From assembly GCF_009914755.1 (NCBI RefSeq), contig NC_060930.1: a stretch of DNA of 64,000 nt, one strand, 5' to 3'. A model generated the notes under the pieces. It saw only the letters and a list, made by a program, of their open reading frames with translations, was not told the DNA's origin and ran no database searches. Positions within the stretch are counted from its first letter, which is position 1. Each line of letters begins with the position of its first letter. This DNA comes from the human T2T-CHM13v2.0 reference genome, Homo sapiens. A program made the translations under genes and the position numbers. This document shows, in pieces, positions 25,678-38,539 of the stretch.

Positions 25678-27571
25678 TTTTAGCGTAGTTCGAAGTTGGG
25701 TAGCATGATGTCTCCAGCTTTGTTCTTTTTGCTTAAGATTGTCTTAGCTATATGGGCTCTTTTTTGGTTCCATGTGAATTTTAACATAGTTTTTTCTAAT
25801 TCTGTGAAGAATGCCAATTGTAGTTTAATGGGACTAGTGTTGAACCTATAAATTACTTTGGACATTATGGTCATTTTCACGATATTAATTCTTCCTATCC
25901 ATTAGCATGGAATGTTTTTCCATTTTTGTGTGTGTGTGTGTCCTCTCTGATTTCCTTGAGCAGTGATTTGTAGTTCTCCTTGAAGAGATAGATCCTTCAC
26001 ATCCCTTGTTAGCTGTGTACCTAGGTATTTCAATCTCTTTGTAGCCAATTGTGAATGGGAGTTCAGTCATGATTTGGCTCTTTGCATGCCTGTTGTTGGT
26101 GAACAGGAAAGCTAGCAATTTTTGCACATTGATTTTGTATGCTGAGACTTTGCTGAAGTTGCTTATCACCTTAAGCTTTTGGGCTGAGACAGTGGGGTTT
26201 TCTAGATATAGGAACCTGTCATCTGCAAAGATAATTTCACTTCCTCTCTTCCTATTTGAATACCCTTTATTTCTTTCTCTTGCTTGATTGCCCTGGCCAG
26301 AACTTCCAATAATATATTGAATAAAACTGGTGAGAGAGGGCATCCTTGTCTTGTACTGGTTTTCAAGGAGAATGCTTCCAGCTTTTGCCCATTCAGTATG
26401 ATATTGGCTGTCGTCTATGGATCTTATTAATTTTGAAGTATATTCCTTCAATACCTAGTTTATTGAGAATTTTTAACATGAAGGGATACTGAATTTTATC
26501 AGAGGCCTTTTCTCCATTTTTTGAGATAATCATGTGGTTTCTGTCTTAGTTCTGTTTGTGTGATTAATTATAATTATTGATCTGCTTATGTTGAACCAAC
26601 CTTGCATCCAGGGATGAAGCCAACTTGATTGTGGTGAATAAGCTTTTTGATGTGCTGCTGGATTCGGATTGCCACTATTTTATTGAGGATTTTTGCATCA
26701 GTGTTCATTAGGGATATTGGCCTGAAGTTTTGTTGTTGTTGTATCTCATCCAGGTTTTGGTATCAGGATGATGCTGGTCTCATAAAATGAGTTAGGGAGT
26801 AGTCCCTCCTTTTCAATTTTTTTGGAATAGTTCCACTAGAAATGGTACCAGCTCCTCACACCAGTTAGAATGGCAATTATTAAAAAGTCAAGAAATAACA
26901 GATCCCGGCAATGCTGCGGAGAAAAAGGAATGCTTTTACACTGTTGTTGGGAATGAAATTAGTTCAACCATTTTGGAAGACAGTGTGGTGTTTCTTCAAA
27001 GATCAAGAAGCAGAAGTATCATTTGATCCAGCAACCCCATTACTAGGTATATACCCAAAGGAATATAAATCATTCTGTTATAAAGATACATGCCACATAT
27101 GTTCATCACAGCACCATTCACAATAGCAAAGACATGGAATCAACCCACATGCTCATTAATGATAGACTGGATAAAGAAAATGTGGTACATATACCCCATG
27201 GAATATATGCAACTATAAAAAGTAAGAAGATCAAGTCCTTTGCAGGAACACAGATGAAGCTGGAGGCCATTATCCTTAGTGAACTAACACAGGAACAGAA
27301 AACTAAACACCGCATGTTCTCACTTATAAGTGGGAGCTGAATGATGAGAACACATGGACACAGGTAGGGGAACAACACACACCGGGGCTTGTTGGGGGCA
27401 GTGTGGGGAGGGAGAGCCTTAGGAAGAATATCTAATGGATGCTGAGCTTAATACCTAGGTGATAGGTTGATCTGTGCAGCAAACCACCATGGCACACGTC
27501 TACCTATGTAACAAACCTGTGCATCCTGCACCCGTCCTTCGAAACTTGAAATAAAATTTGATGAAAAAAAA
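25678..27571 (+). mobile_element. L1PA13-15-like element with inverted 5' part (25678-~26855 minus, ~26855-27571 plus)
   Basis: Minus-strand ORF2 ([25 protein letters not shown]) abuts plus-strand ctcacaccagttagaatggc.., then the 3'UTR and poly(A). CTC/CCTC microhomology at the junction. Confidence 0.85.
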
Positions 27572-28814
27572 GTAATCTCACTTCCATAAGAGGATGAAAA
27601 TGTATGAGTAGGGCATTATTTAGGTGAACTGTTCATAAGATACCTCATAACATCACATTATGGCTAACATTAATTTTTGTTGTTTGGACAGTCTAGCCTG
27701 GACAGACTTTGTCTTTGTTTTTTGTTAAAAACGAATCTTGCAAGAAAAACAGAAGAAAATCTTAAAAATTTTATAGCAGCTTTATTTTAAAATTGATCGT
27801 GTATGAATAAATTACCATTTTAAATGTGAATTCCCTTTTTTAATGGGAGTTTTAATATAAATGTTCAAAAATAGTTAATCATTATTAGAAGTCATTTTAA
27901 TATTCTATTATTTCAATGTTTCTAGTATTTACTAAAATAAACTGCTTCTTTAACATAATTTATTTTTCTATAGAATTACTATATCAGGCTTGCTATTTGT
28001 GCTCATAAACTTGTCATGAAATAACTCACAAAAAAGTTTATAATCTAAAGATAGTGACATATGAAAATGATTTTACACTTTTATATATTTAAAAATCACA
28101 ACTATGCACAATTTCTATTGAATGGTCATTAATGTATATACATGTGTAGAGGGATATTAAGAATTCTGAGTGTACATGGAGAAAAATTCTCTTTCAGCCA
28201 TTTTTCCTGAATCTAATTTTTGGCAAAATAACCATTAAACTATTTTTTTCTGCCAAAAATGTGATTTGATTTTTTTTTTAAAGTAAAAGGAATGGGGTGT
28301 GGTTGGGTGTGGATATAGATATTTGGACAACACAAATCTTTAATAAAGATGAGCAAAGACCTTGAAATGATGCCATCCTTTTTTCTTGCTCTTTATTTCT
28401 CCCTAACCAACAGAGACATTCCAAAATTCCTCTTACAGTAAACTTACTTTAAACTTATCTACACAGTAATTAACCTTTTGTTGTTAGCTATCAGAACAAT
28501 GGGTATTCCTTCACAATGAAATTTTGAAAATAATTACCAGGTCTTGATATGGTCTTTTAAAGAGAAATTGAAGTTTCTTTTGGAGAATTGCTAAGGAATT
28601 ATCTAAATTGTGTAATTTTTTTTGCTTTCCTTGGTGGTTGGACATTAATTCAAACTTTGGCATTTTATGTGTTTGCCAAAGGAACCTTATTTAATGGATT
28701 TGTCTATGAATAGACGCTGGAATAGGCTTGGCTTTCTGGAGATGCTTGGGACTTTCAGAAAATGGGTAACCAGAAAAATGGCTTGCTGCCCTTCAAGAAT
28801 AAATAGTGTCCCAC

Positions 28815-29165
28815 TGTAAGGTCAATTTGGCTTCATCCTCACTCCCTTATATACATGACTAAATAAGGGGAAAGCCTGGGAAACCATTTCCCAGTTTCCC
28901 TTACCAAGAGCGTTTCAGGTTAAATTCTCCTAGTGGGAAGCAGTAGGACTCAATTTGGAAATTGAAAGAGAAGAAGCTGTTCTCTGGCAGCTCCTATAAA
29001 GGAGGCTACAGTGGGCACGTCTTAATTTCCTGAATTCTATCAGCAGTTTCCCTGACTTTTGCTCCCTCAGCCCTTCTCATGGTATGACCCACTAATTCCC
29101 TATATTAAACCCCTTTCAACTTGATACCTATAAGTTTTATTTTTTCTTAATAAAATTCTGAATGG
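28815..29165 (+). mobile_element. LTR33-like ERVL LTR
   Basis: gaaaccatttcccagtttccctt..caggttaaattct..atttggaaattgaaagagaagaagc..aattccctatattaaacccc matches recalled LTR33 motifs. Confidence 0.55.
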
Positions 29166-29294
29166 CAACCCCAAAACTATTAAATCCAGGAATTATTTCA
29201 ACAAATGCAATGAGAATATGGTTAAAAAGTTTTTAGCAGACTGTGTGATAAGAAGATTGAATACACACAGATTCTTTTTCTGTCACCATTGTCT

Positions 29295-29450
29295 TTGTTG
29301 TGTTTCCCTAGAAGCACACCTGGAGATTAAAATTTGATAAAAAGATAATTCCAGGAAGCACTAATAGGGCAAGCAGAAAGTAATATAGGGAAGAGAAGGA
29401 AGCTAATACCGGGGGAAAAAAAAGCATGTTATTGTGGTGGGCTATTACCT
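29295..29450 (-). mobile_element. Ancient ERVL/MaLR LTR fragment
   Basis: ccctagaagcacacctggaga..ccaggaagcact..agggaagagaaggaagctaat motif. Confidence 0.4.
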
Positions 29451-30809
29451 GTTGTAGTTGGTTCATTTATTTGTTACTAGCATAATTCTAACTGATATCA
29501 TGGGTCATTGTGAACAAAGGCGTGTTTTTTTGGAATTAAGGAGCCTAGTCTGCCTGCAATAGGGAGGGGATTTACAGATTTTGGAGAGCGCTGAATTCCA
29601 AGGAGTTGGTGTTGACTTGCCATTTGTCAGAACATTTCAGAGACAAGCAAAGTGAAGCCCATTAGATTGATTACACTCACCTAATGAAAGAGAATTTAGA
29701 ATTTGAAACATTGCAGATATTTATTACCACTGACCAAATGTAATATCAAGACAGCTGGCAAGTTCAAGTGGATGAGCATAGCAATAGAAATGGCTTGGTC
29801 TTTTGGTAAAGACCTAAAAGAGGAATGGCTGTAGAAAGATACAGATGTTTGATGATAGCTGCAAAGTATACTCAATGATTGACAAAGAAAGTATTTGTTA
29901 TAATTTTCTCAGATCCAAGTGGATCTGTATAAAGATCTAAATAGTACAGTTTTCTATATCAGGATAGTTTGATGCCATTATTGATTAGTAGCTGCTATCT
30001 TTTTTTCCTGTTTTTGTTTTCTTAATCTTCTTTTGTATAAAATCTTAATTAATGTCTACATTTTTGGCATGTTGGCTGGCTGGCATATTTAGCTAATCCA
30101 GCATATTCCTTGGTGGCCTTATTGGGGAAAAGTGTTAGTTTTTCAAAGTTTTTTTTTCCTATTTACTGTTTCCAAAAAGGTTTTAAGTAAATTCCATACT
30201 TCTTTTTCTAACTAGTGGCAGTTGATTCTAATAAATGTAAGCAAACCATATTGTAAAAGATAGCAATTTGATATCACATACATACAAATTAAATGCAAAA
30301 TACAACAGCCCAAGAATCCCCAAAAAGATATGCGACTGCACAGAAACAAGAAGCACAGCCCTGTGCTAGTTATGAACCACTTTTGGATTCCTTGTGTTGA
30401 CATGGAGCAGAGCCGTGGGGACATGGATTTTGGAGGAGCTGACCACTTTGGAATAGTAGCAAGGAAGAAGTATATACCTATTTCTAGATAAAATTCAGAA
30501 GGCTTTTTTCTGACTTTTGATGACAGTTTGATTATTGCAGTCTACAATGAAGATTCATGAAATTGAGTTCTCAAAGATTTCAAGAATAAAACAACCTATA
30601 CCGTTTGAATATTTGATCAGTTTTAAATATTTGGGATTTGAAAGGCAAAACTATGTAAATTTCCATATGCTATCACTAAAGGCTGGTATTTTATTTAATA
30701 AACTTTGTCAAGAGACTAACTTTTCAAAACTCATTCTTCTTTTTTACGAGAAGAAGTGAAAGGAGTAGAAATACAGCCTGTTGATGCCCACAAACTTATC
30801 CTAAGAGTT

Positions 30810-30970
30810 TACACATATCTTGTTAAGCTTCTCAACAATGCTATAAATTGTGGGTTTTGTCCCAGCTTTACAAAAGAGGGTCATGAGGCGAAGATAATTT
30901 CTTTAGAAACTTGATTAAGATCATGAAAATAAATGTGATAGAATTAGGATTCAAATCCAGGTTTATATTA
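30810..30970 (-). mobile_element. MIR fragment
   Basis: ctcaacaat..ttacaaaagagg..tgaggc..aggattcaaatccagg. Confidence 0.5.
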
Positions 30971-31027
30971 CTGATTGATTCATCCAAAATGTTTATTTAC
31001 TATGTGCCAAATCTTAAGCTAAATATT

Positions 31028-31848
31028 GTATTAGTTTGCTAGTGTATCCATAGAAAAATGCCACAGACTGTATAGCTTAAAAAACAGAAATATATTTTCC
31101 CACAATTCTGGAGAATAGAAGTCTGAGATCAAGATGCCAGCTGGGTTAGTTTCTTCTGAGGCTTTCAGAAGATGGTTAAGCCAAACTGTTAATTTTTAAA
31201 CATCATGAACTAACTTGTCCTCAAAGAACTTCATCAACTTGAACATTTTCAAAGAGCTCTATAAGGCAGCTCAGCATGGCAGTTTTTTTACTGAAATATC
31301 TTATCTGGAAGATGGCAAAACAGACCTGGACCTTCACAAGCCAATGGTTGCTTGTATTCATATCACAGTTCACTTGGGTAAGTGGTAACAACAGAATAAA
31401 AAGCAGATTGCCTCCATACTGGTTGGGTGAGATAGCTTCATTTTTGGAAAATCAATTGAATCATGAAAATCTTCCCAATGGTATAATTTGTTCCGGAGTT
31501 CTTTTGATAGTTAAGAAGGGAAATAGTAATCATTGTCCACAGTCTTTATTTATTTCTTTTTTTTACAAATACTCTTATGGCATTCTCGAGCCATCATTCT
31601 ATGGTGTGGTGACTGATTGTACTCCATGCAGGTCACCTCCTTGCCATGTCTTCCCATGGTGTTCCCTCTGTGTGTGCACATCTGTGTGCTAGTCTCCTTT
31701 TCTTTTAAGGACATCATTTATATTGGATTAGAGCCCACCCTAATGATGTGACTTTAACTTAATTACCTTTTTAAAGACTATCTCCAAATGTAGTCACTTT
31801 CTGAGGTATGTCAACCTATTAATTCTGGGTACAAAGTTCGGCCCATAA
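31028..31848 (-). mobile_element. MLT1A/B MaLR LTR split by a ~470-bp foreign insert (~31165-31630)
   Basis: Left: tgtattagtttgct..cacaattctggaga..gaagtctgagatcaag..tttcttctgaggc. Right: cttgccatgtcttcccatgg..aaggacatca..attggattagagcccaccctaatga..tatctccaaat..agtcactttctgaggta. Confidence 0.82.
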
Positions 31849-31859
31849 ATGATGTTATG

Positions 31860-32290
31860 GACCCAATGTCTAACAAAGGCCAAACACTCTCCCTGACTTC
31901 GGAGAATTTAGTTTAGTAAGGGAGATTAGCATTAAGCAAAAAATTACCTATATATATATATGTACATTGCTCTAGTAATAAGAACTCTGAAGGGGAATTA
32001 AAGGATGTTACAAGAGTTTGAACACATCCATGGGGATAGCAAAGACTTTCTTGAGGAAATAATGACCCAGTTAACTCTGACAATGAAAAGGGCAGTGAAG
32101 TCTGGTCCAGGCAGATAATCTACTTGTGCAGGGAAAGCTCCTATGCGGAGGGAGCTTAGGGAATTTAAGGTTAGAAGTGAGAGAAGCCTTGTCAGCTTTT
32201 GGTTAGAAATTTGGTCTTTATTCCAAGAGTAATTAGAAGCAATTGAAAGTTTCATAGTTGATTTGTGTTTTGAAAAGAGTACTCTTTCTG
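31860..32290 (-). mobile_element. L2 relic
   Basis: aagactttcttgaggaaataatgacc..ccaggcaga..ttggtctttattccaagagtaattagaagcaattgaaagtt..gatttgtgttttgaaaaga. Confidence 0.55.
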
Positions 32291-32754
32291 CTTATAAAAT
32301 ACTCAGCTGATTAACCACATTTTTTATTGACTTTTCAATTGGTGGTGGTTCTATCATGCACACGCAGAAAAATTTAAAAGTTAGCTTAACTTTTTAGGAC
32401 TCTCATTACTTCCTATTTTCTAGCTTGAAGTTTGCAAGAAGTGAAAAAAAAGAATTATAAAATTTTACTTCAACCTTTGAAAGGAAGATTCCATTATTTA
32501 GACAATTGGAAAAGAAGACAAAAGACTAAAAACATTGTTGTTAATCAGGATCTGCCTTAGAGTTAAATCTTTCTTTGGTATTTCCTGTCTGTCTCCACAA
32601 AGTTGTCAGATATTTGGACCTATTCTTCATACGATGAACATTACTAACTGCCTTTAGTCCCAGTAGGAACTATGTGCTTGCACTGAAGAAAAAAAATTGT
32701 CTGAAAGGCTAAATACAAATATAGTAAGGTATATATGTATAGAAGTTGGTGATT

Positions 32755-33821
32755 TATCGGGGCACCTGCCCTGATATTCACGTAGGTTCTTTTCTATTTT
32801 CCTTAAGTGTCAGCCAGCTTGAGAAATAAAGGGACAGAGTACAAAAGAAAGAAATTTTAAAGCTGGGCATCTGGGGGAGACATCACATGTCGGTAGGTTC
32901 TGTGATGCCACACAAGCCGCAAAAACCAGCAAGTTTTTATTAGGGAGTTTCAAGAGGGGAGGGAGTGTGCGAACAGGTGTGGGTCACAGACATCAAGTCC
33001 TTTACAAGGTAATAGAATATCACAAGGCAAATGGAGGCAGGGCGAGATCACAGGACCACAGGACCCAGGGGAAATGAAAATTGCTAATGAAGTTTTGGGC
33101 ACCATTGTTATTGATAGCATCTTATCAGGAGACAGGTTTTGAGATCAACTGGTCTGACCAAAATTTATTAGGCGGGAATTTCCTCTTCCTAATAAGCCTG
33201 GGAGCGCTATGGGAGACTGGAGTCTATTTCACCTCTGCACTCTCGACCATAAGAGATGACCACGCCCAGGGGAGCCAGTTCAGAGACCTACCCCCAGGTG
33301 GCATTCTCTTTCTCAGGGATGTTCCATGCTGAGAAAAAAAATTCAGCGATATTTCTCCCATTTGCTTTTGAAAGAAGAGAAATATGGCTCTGTTCCACCC
33401 GGCTCACCGGCGGTCAGAGTTTAAGGTTATCTCTCTTATTCCCTGAACAATTGCTGTTATCCTGTTCTTTTTTCAAGGTGCCCAGATTTCATATTGCTCA
33501 AACACACATGCCGTACAATTTGTGCAGTTAATGCAATTATTACAGGGTCCTGAGGTGATATACATCCTCCTCAGCTGACAGGATTAAGAGATTAAAGTAA
33601 AGACAGGCATAGGAAATCACAAGGGTATTGATTGGGGAAGTGATAAGTGTCCATGAAATCTCCATAATTTATGTTTAGAGATTGCGGTAAAGACAGGCAT
33701 AAGAAATTATAAAAGTATTAATTTGGGGTACTAATAAATATCCATGAAATCTTCACAATCCACATTCTTCTGCCATGGCTTCAGTGGGTCCCTCCATTTG
33801 GGGTCCCTGACTCCCGCAACA
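32755..33821 (-). mobile_element. MER11 (MER11C/B-like, HERV-K11/HML-8) solo LTR, full length
   Basis: Reverse complement starts TGTTGCGGGAGTCAGGGACCCC and ends ..GAATATCAGGGCAGGTGCCCCGATA; 1067 bp. 6-bp TSD GTGATT at 32749-54 and 33822-27. Confidence 0.93.
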
Positions 33822-34236
33822 GTGATTAAAATATTAAATGCTTCCAAATGGTACAATTTGAGATTCTGTGTATAAAATTGAGTATGAATGATTAAAATAG
33901 TGAAGTAGTTTCCATCGACTTCTGAAAACAAAGAAGCTTTCTGTTTGTTCAGTTTCTTTTTTAATTTTAAAAATTTATGACTATTTTTATTACATAATAT
34001 TCAATCTTATAATTGACATTGAATGTATTTTTTTCAAAATAAAATTTTTCTTCACCTTCAAAAAAGACTTCTATTTTACTAAAATGATGTAGAAACCAGT
34101 TAGCCTTAAGTTTAAATGGAGACCAATATATTAATTTTCAAGTTACAGAATTCCTACCAAAGAGGGGATAGCTATAGCTATCTAACACCCTGTGAGAAAT
34201 AGAATGATAACAGTAAATATCAGCCATAACAAAGTT

Positions 34237-34326
34237 ATCAAATTCCTCTTGTTTCATAGGAGTACAAAGAAATCATGCTTTATCATCAAATTCCTCTTGT
34301 TTCTTAGGAGTACAAAGAAATATGTT
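34237..34326. repeat. Tandem duplication, 48-bp period
   Basis: atcaaattcctcttgtttc(a/t)taggagtacaaagaaat at 34237 and 34285. Confidence 0.9.
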
Positions 34327-36479
34327 AAAGTATGATATTAATAGAACATTAATTGGTAAAAGTCACAATCTGTATTTTGTAGATCTGTACAATGAAAAAA
34401 TGAATGACTTAATGTAGACAGGTGAATAGTTTTAGGAAATGATTAGACTTTCAATAAAACACAACGTTGCATAGCTAGCATAAAGCTAGTTAAAATATGA
34501 GAAATCAAAAGCTGCTTTCCTGAGGCTAGCCAAATGACGAGAAGTGAGGTAAGTCCAGAGTCTGACCCAAATTAAAATCTGTTTCCAGACTCAATCTGAA
34601 TGCTTCCTTTTTCCTTTATTGCTCAGAGTAGATTTTATAAGTATTGCCTGGAAGAAGAAGCTATATTATATATTAAAATATATGCTATTCTTTCTTTAAA
34701 AATTCAAATAAACATATTTAGTTCACATCATTACTCATGTTTGTGTTCAAGGGTAGATAAAAGAGGAGTAGGGAAAGTAGTACTCACTTGAGCTGATAAA
34801 TATCTCTAAGAAAATTTTAAAATACATGTTTAAATTTATGTGTAAGTTTTATTAATTTTTATTTGACATTTAAATGTAAAATATTTTATCACTCAAATAT
34901 ATTTCAGCTATAAAATAAATAACAGTTAAGGATTTAAAAATATTTATACTCTGAACTGTAGAAATATTAGTCCCTTGAAAGATCTCTTTATTTCCAAAAT
35001 ATTTCTATTGCAAGTGTCAGAAATGGTAACTATATAACAATTGAGAACGTAGGAAATTATTTATTCATATATGAATTCCCACTCATAAATTTTGGCTGCC
35101 TTCACTGAAGGCTTTCACCAAAGTGCTATCAATTTTCACTTCTCCTTCATTCCCATGATGTCTTGCAGAAACAAAAGGAGGAAGAAAAAATAATCTAAAG
35201 ATTGAATGGCTGTCCCACAGATTCACAGCCAAAATTAAAACAAGAACATTTTTGGCCTACTTAATATACTTACTTTCCCCAAAAAGAATCTCATAAAAAT
35301 TGGTACCAATTATTGTTACACATAAAAATGCAGACCTAATTTCCTTTACATTTGCTGGCACATACCTAGTCTTGTAAGAAAGTGAAAATAGTATGCTTAT
35401 ACTGTGTATACATGTGGAGCTCCCTCCACACAGGAGCTTTCCCTGCACATATAGCTCTTTGTACAGTCTAAAGTGCACCACCACTTTACTAATAATATTT
35501 TTGTTGTAATGTTAATTTTAAATTTTAATATTTAACTTTCAATAAGATCAAAATAATATCCTAGAGTTCTGTGGAAGAAGAGAAAAAATTAATCAGCACA
35601 GCTATTTTTATATATTTAAAGCAAGTTACCAGTGACATACACAGTCATCTGTCTAATGTGTGTTCTCAGGGGATGTTTTTATTTGCTCCATTTTATTTGT
35701 CCTACATAAAACAAATACTGTTAAGTAAAAGAATATAAGAAACACATGAATAAATTTAGACCTTTCTTTTAAGAGTGATTAAAATGTTTCTCTTAGAAGA
35801 GTAGTATTTACTTCTTTAGGTAACTAATGACTAATATTTTTGCTTTCTCCAGGTAACTAGTGAAAGTGTTTAAATATCTAGAGTTAGAACCAAAAGACAG
35901 GAAATTATTTAAGTTGTAAAATAATACTATAATTGATATATTATACCAAAATCAATTACAATCTCCCATAGGATCAGAAACCATGAAAAATTATGTATTT
36001 CAACAATGGGAACATTTTTAAACTGAAGAAAATAATTTTAATAAAACCTTATTAATAATTTTAATAAAAATACACCTAGCTCAAAACCTTTCCCTAGTAA
36101 CACTTTAGTATGTGTACTGAACTGTTCATCTTAAGATAATGGTAAGAAATTTTTATATGCTGTGTTTCAGTCACAAAAAGAGGAAATGCATAAATTCATA
36201 CAATTCATTTTTCTACTAAACTTAAACTTTTAGTTCCAAAATGGAAAAATAGCTAATTTACTGAAAATCTGTTATAAATACTATTTGATAATTATTTAAA
36301 ACTAAAACTTCTAACTCTATATTTACCTTCACTAGGATATTCTATGCTTTCTACGTCATTGCTTATGAGTCTCATGTTTTGATAAGACAAAATTGTGTAA
36401 GTTAAAAGATTATCTTTGTATCATGGAAAGATAATGGTATCTAAATTTGGAAAGATATATTTTAACTGAAAAATGTGCT

Positions 36480-36680
36480 CAACCAGAATTAACAAAATAT
36501 ATGAAATCCAGGTCTACCATTTACTAACTCTGTAATAAAGTTTTTAATTTCTTTGAGTTTCAAATTTCTCACCTATAAAATGGCAATGATAAAAAGCAAT
36601 ACCATAAGGCTACTGTGAAAATTATAAGAGACTTAGAAAGTGCAATGCATAATGTTTGATTTATTGTAGTTATTATTTAA
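36480..36680 (+). mobile_element. MIR fragment
   Basis: aaatccaggtctaccatttactaactctgt..tttctcacctataaaatggcaatgataa. Confidence 0.6.
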
Positions 36681-38539
36681 ATTTTTAACAGTATGTATAT
36701 ATATGTAATATTGGATTTTATTTTATTAATTCGATTAAGACATATTATGTAGAAAAATAAACTTCCTATGCCATATATAACACAAATGTATTAAGAAACA
36801 ATTGTGCTAAATTAAGTGAAGTTAAAAAGCGTATGATTCTTCATAACAAAACTATATACAATCATTTCAAGAACAGTCAAAACATATGCTAGGCAATAGA
36901 GTGCTGAAAAATGTTTGGTATCATCTCTTTGAGAAGTGAGGTAATTTTTCGCTTCTTAAAACATAAAGATGGATTTAGGAGTAATATATATTCTTTTCTA
37001 TATGGGTAGATATAGACCAGTAAAAGTGAATCTATGCATTGAGGTAATTACATGTACATTGAAAAAAAATGAAGCTAATTTAAGAAAGTCTTCTCTCATC
37101 TAGATATTTTAGCTCAAATGCCTCAGGAATAAATTATCTCATATAAGCAAATCACTTATTCTCTTGTCTTTACTAATATAGTTTTTGCTTATTGTTTTTA
37201 TGACTCTTGAATTACTATTGAGATAATAGATAATGCACATGCCTTAATCTATATTTCAAAGAAAAATTTAAAATATTTTAAATTCCATGTTCTTCTTGTA
37301 GTTTCTTAATCAAGTATTTTGCCTATTTCTCAAACAAAATGGTAATTAAAAAAAACACCTGTAATTTCCAGTTTCTATTTTTCACTTTTCCCCTTGCTTA
37401 TTTAGAGCTGACTCTGACCAAATCTGTGAAGCAGTGGGTTTGTGTTTTCTTCCTGGTTTCCTTATGTATAGATGACAGTATCTATCCCTGGGCAGTGCCA
37501 GGGCATGTCCTTAGAGCGGTTTTTTGAGTAGTAATGATGGATTTACATTGATTCATCTATACTCTTGGCCTAGTTTCTTTCGTGGCCATCATCCTGCCTT
37601 CCTGGAATCCAGACCGAAATTAGTGGTTCTGGTTTTGCCTCAGAACTGAGTAAAATTAGCTATGCTAGCTGGAGACTAGCTAAACTGGCTCCAAGTAAAC
37701 CAAAAGTAGAATTGCCCTTCTCCCTTCTCCAACCTTCTCCTTCCTAACCTTTCCAACAAATCATAGATGTGTCTAAGCTCTTAGAGTTCTAGGGAAGTTA
37801 CCTGTATTTAATCTTGTCCTTTCTCTACAGATAAGACTCTAGGAGACTAAGACTTAAGGAAAAAATCTCTAAGTGATGTGTGTTTTAAAAAGAAAGCCCA
37901 GGAATTATAAACTGTACACAAATAAAGGACATTGTATTTTTAACGTTCTCTACTTCAGTTGTACACTGTCCTACTAAAAGTGATGATATCTTCAATATTC
38001 TGCTAGAGCCACTTCTCACTTCATGTTGCCTTGTATATTTTGCCTTTAAAATATTCATAAACCTTTCAATTGTTTAACTTTTACATTTTCGGACAACCTA
38101 GTCATCAGAGAACTCATATTTCTGAGTTCCTTGCTTAAACAATATTTAGCCAGCTGAAGGTTTCAATTAAGAGACTTTATATTAGCCTCAGATCAACAGT
38201 TCCTAAGAAACAATAGAAGCTTTATCAAATAATCCACTTATCATCTCTGACAAAAGAACATATATATTGTCTTTCCTAAAAATATAGGATTGTTGTAATA
38301 TGTCAATCTCTCTATTTTCCTAATATGTTCATTAGTTCACTCTTCATATCCCAGGGGATAAAATGTCTTGATTACCTGATTAGGAAATATATTTGCTCAT
38401 TATTCCCTGAAAACATTTTGCACTGTGTATATTTAATGCTGTTTATACAAAAGAAAGGCCTATTTTTTTTTTAATCTACTCCAACAATATGTTTGTTCTT
38501 AAATCTTCTGGCATAACATTCTGTATTTTCCCTGCCCCA

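Noticed and set aside
31276-31692. 138-aa ATG-initiated ORF
   Set aside because: It runs from a UTR-like insert into MLT1 sequence, with no recognisable domain and no splice context.
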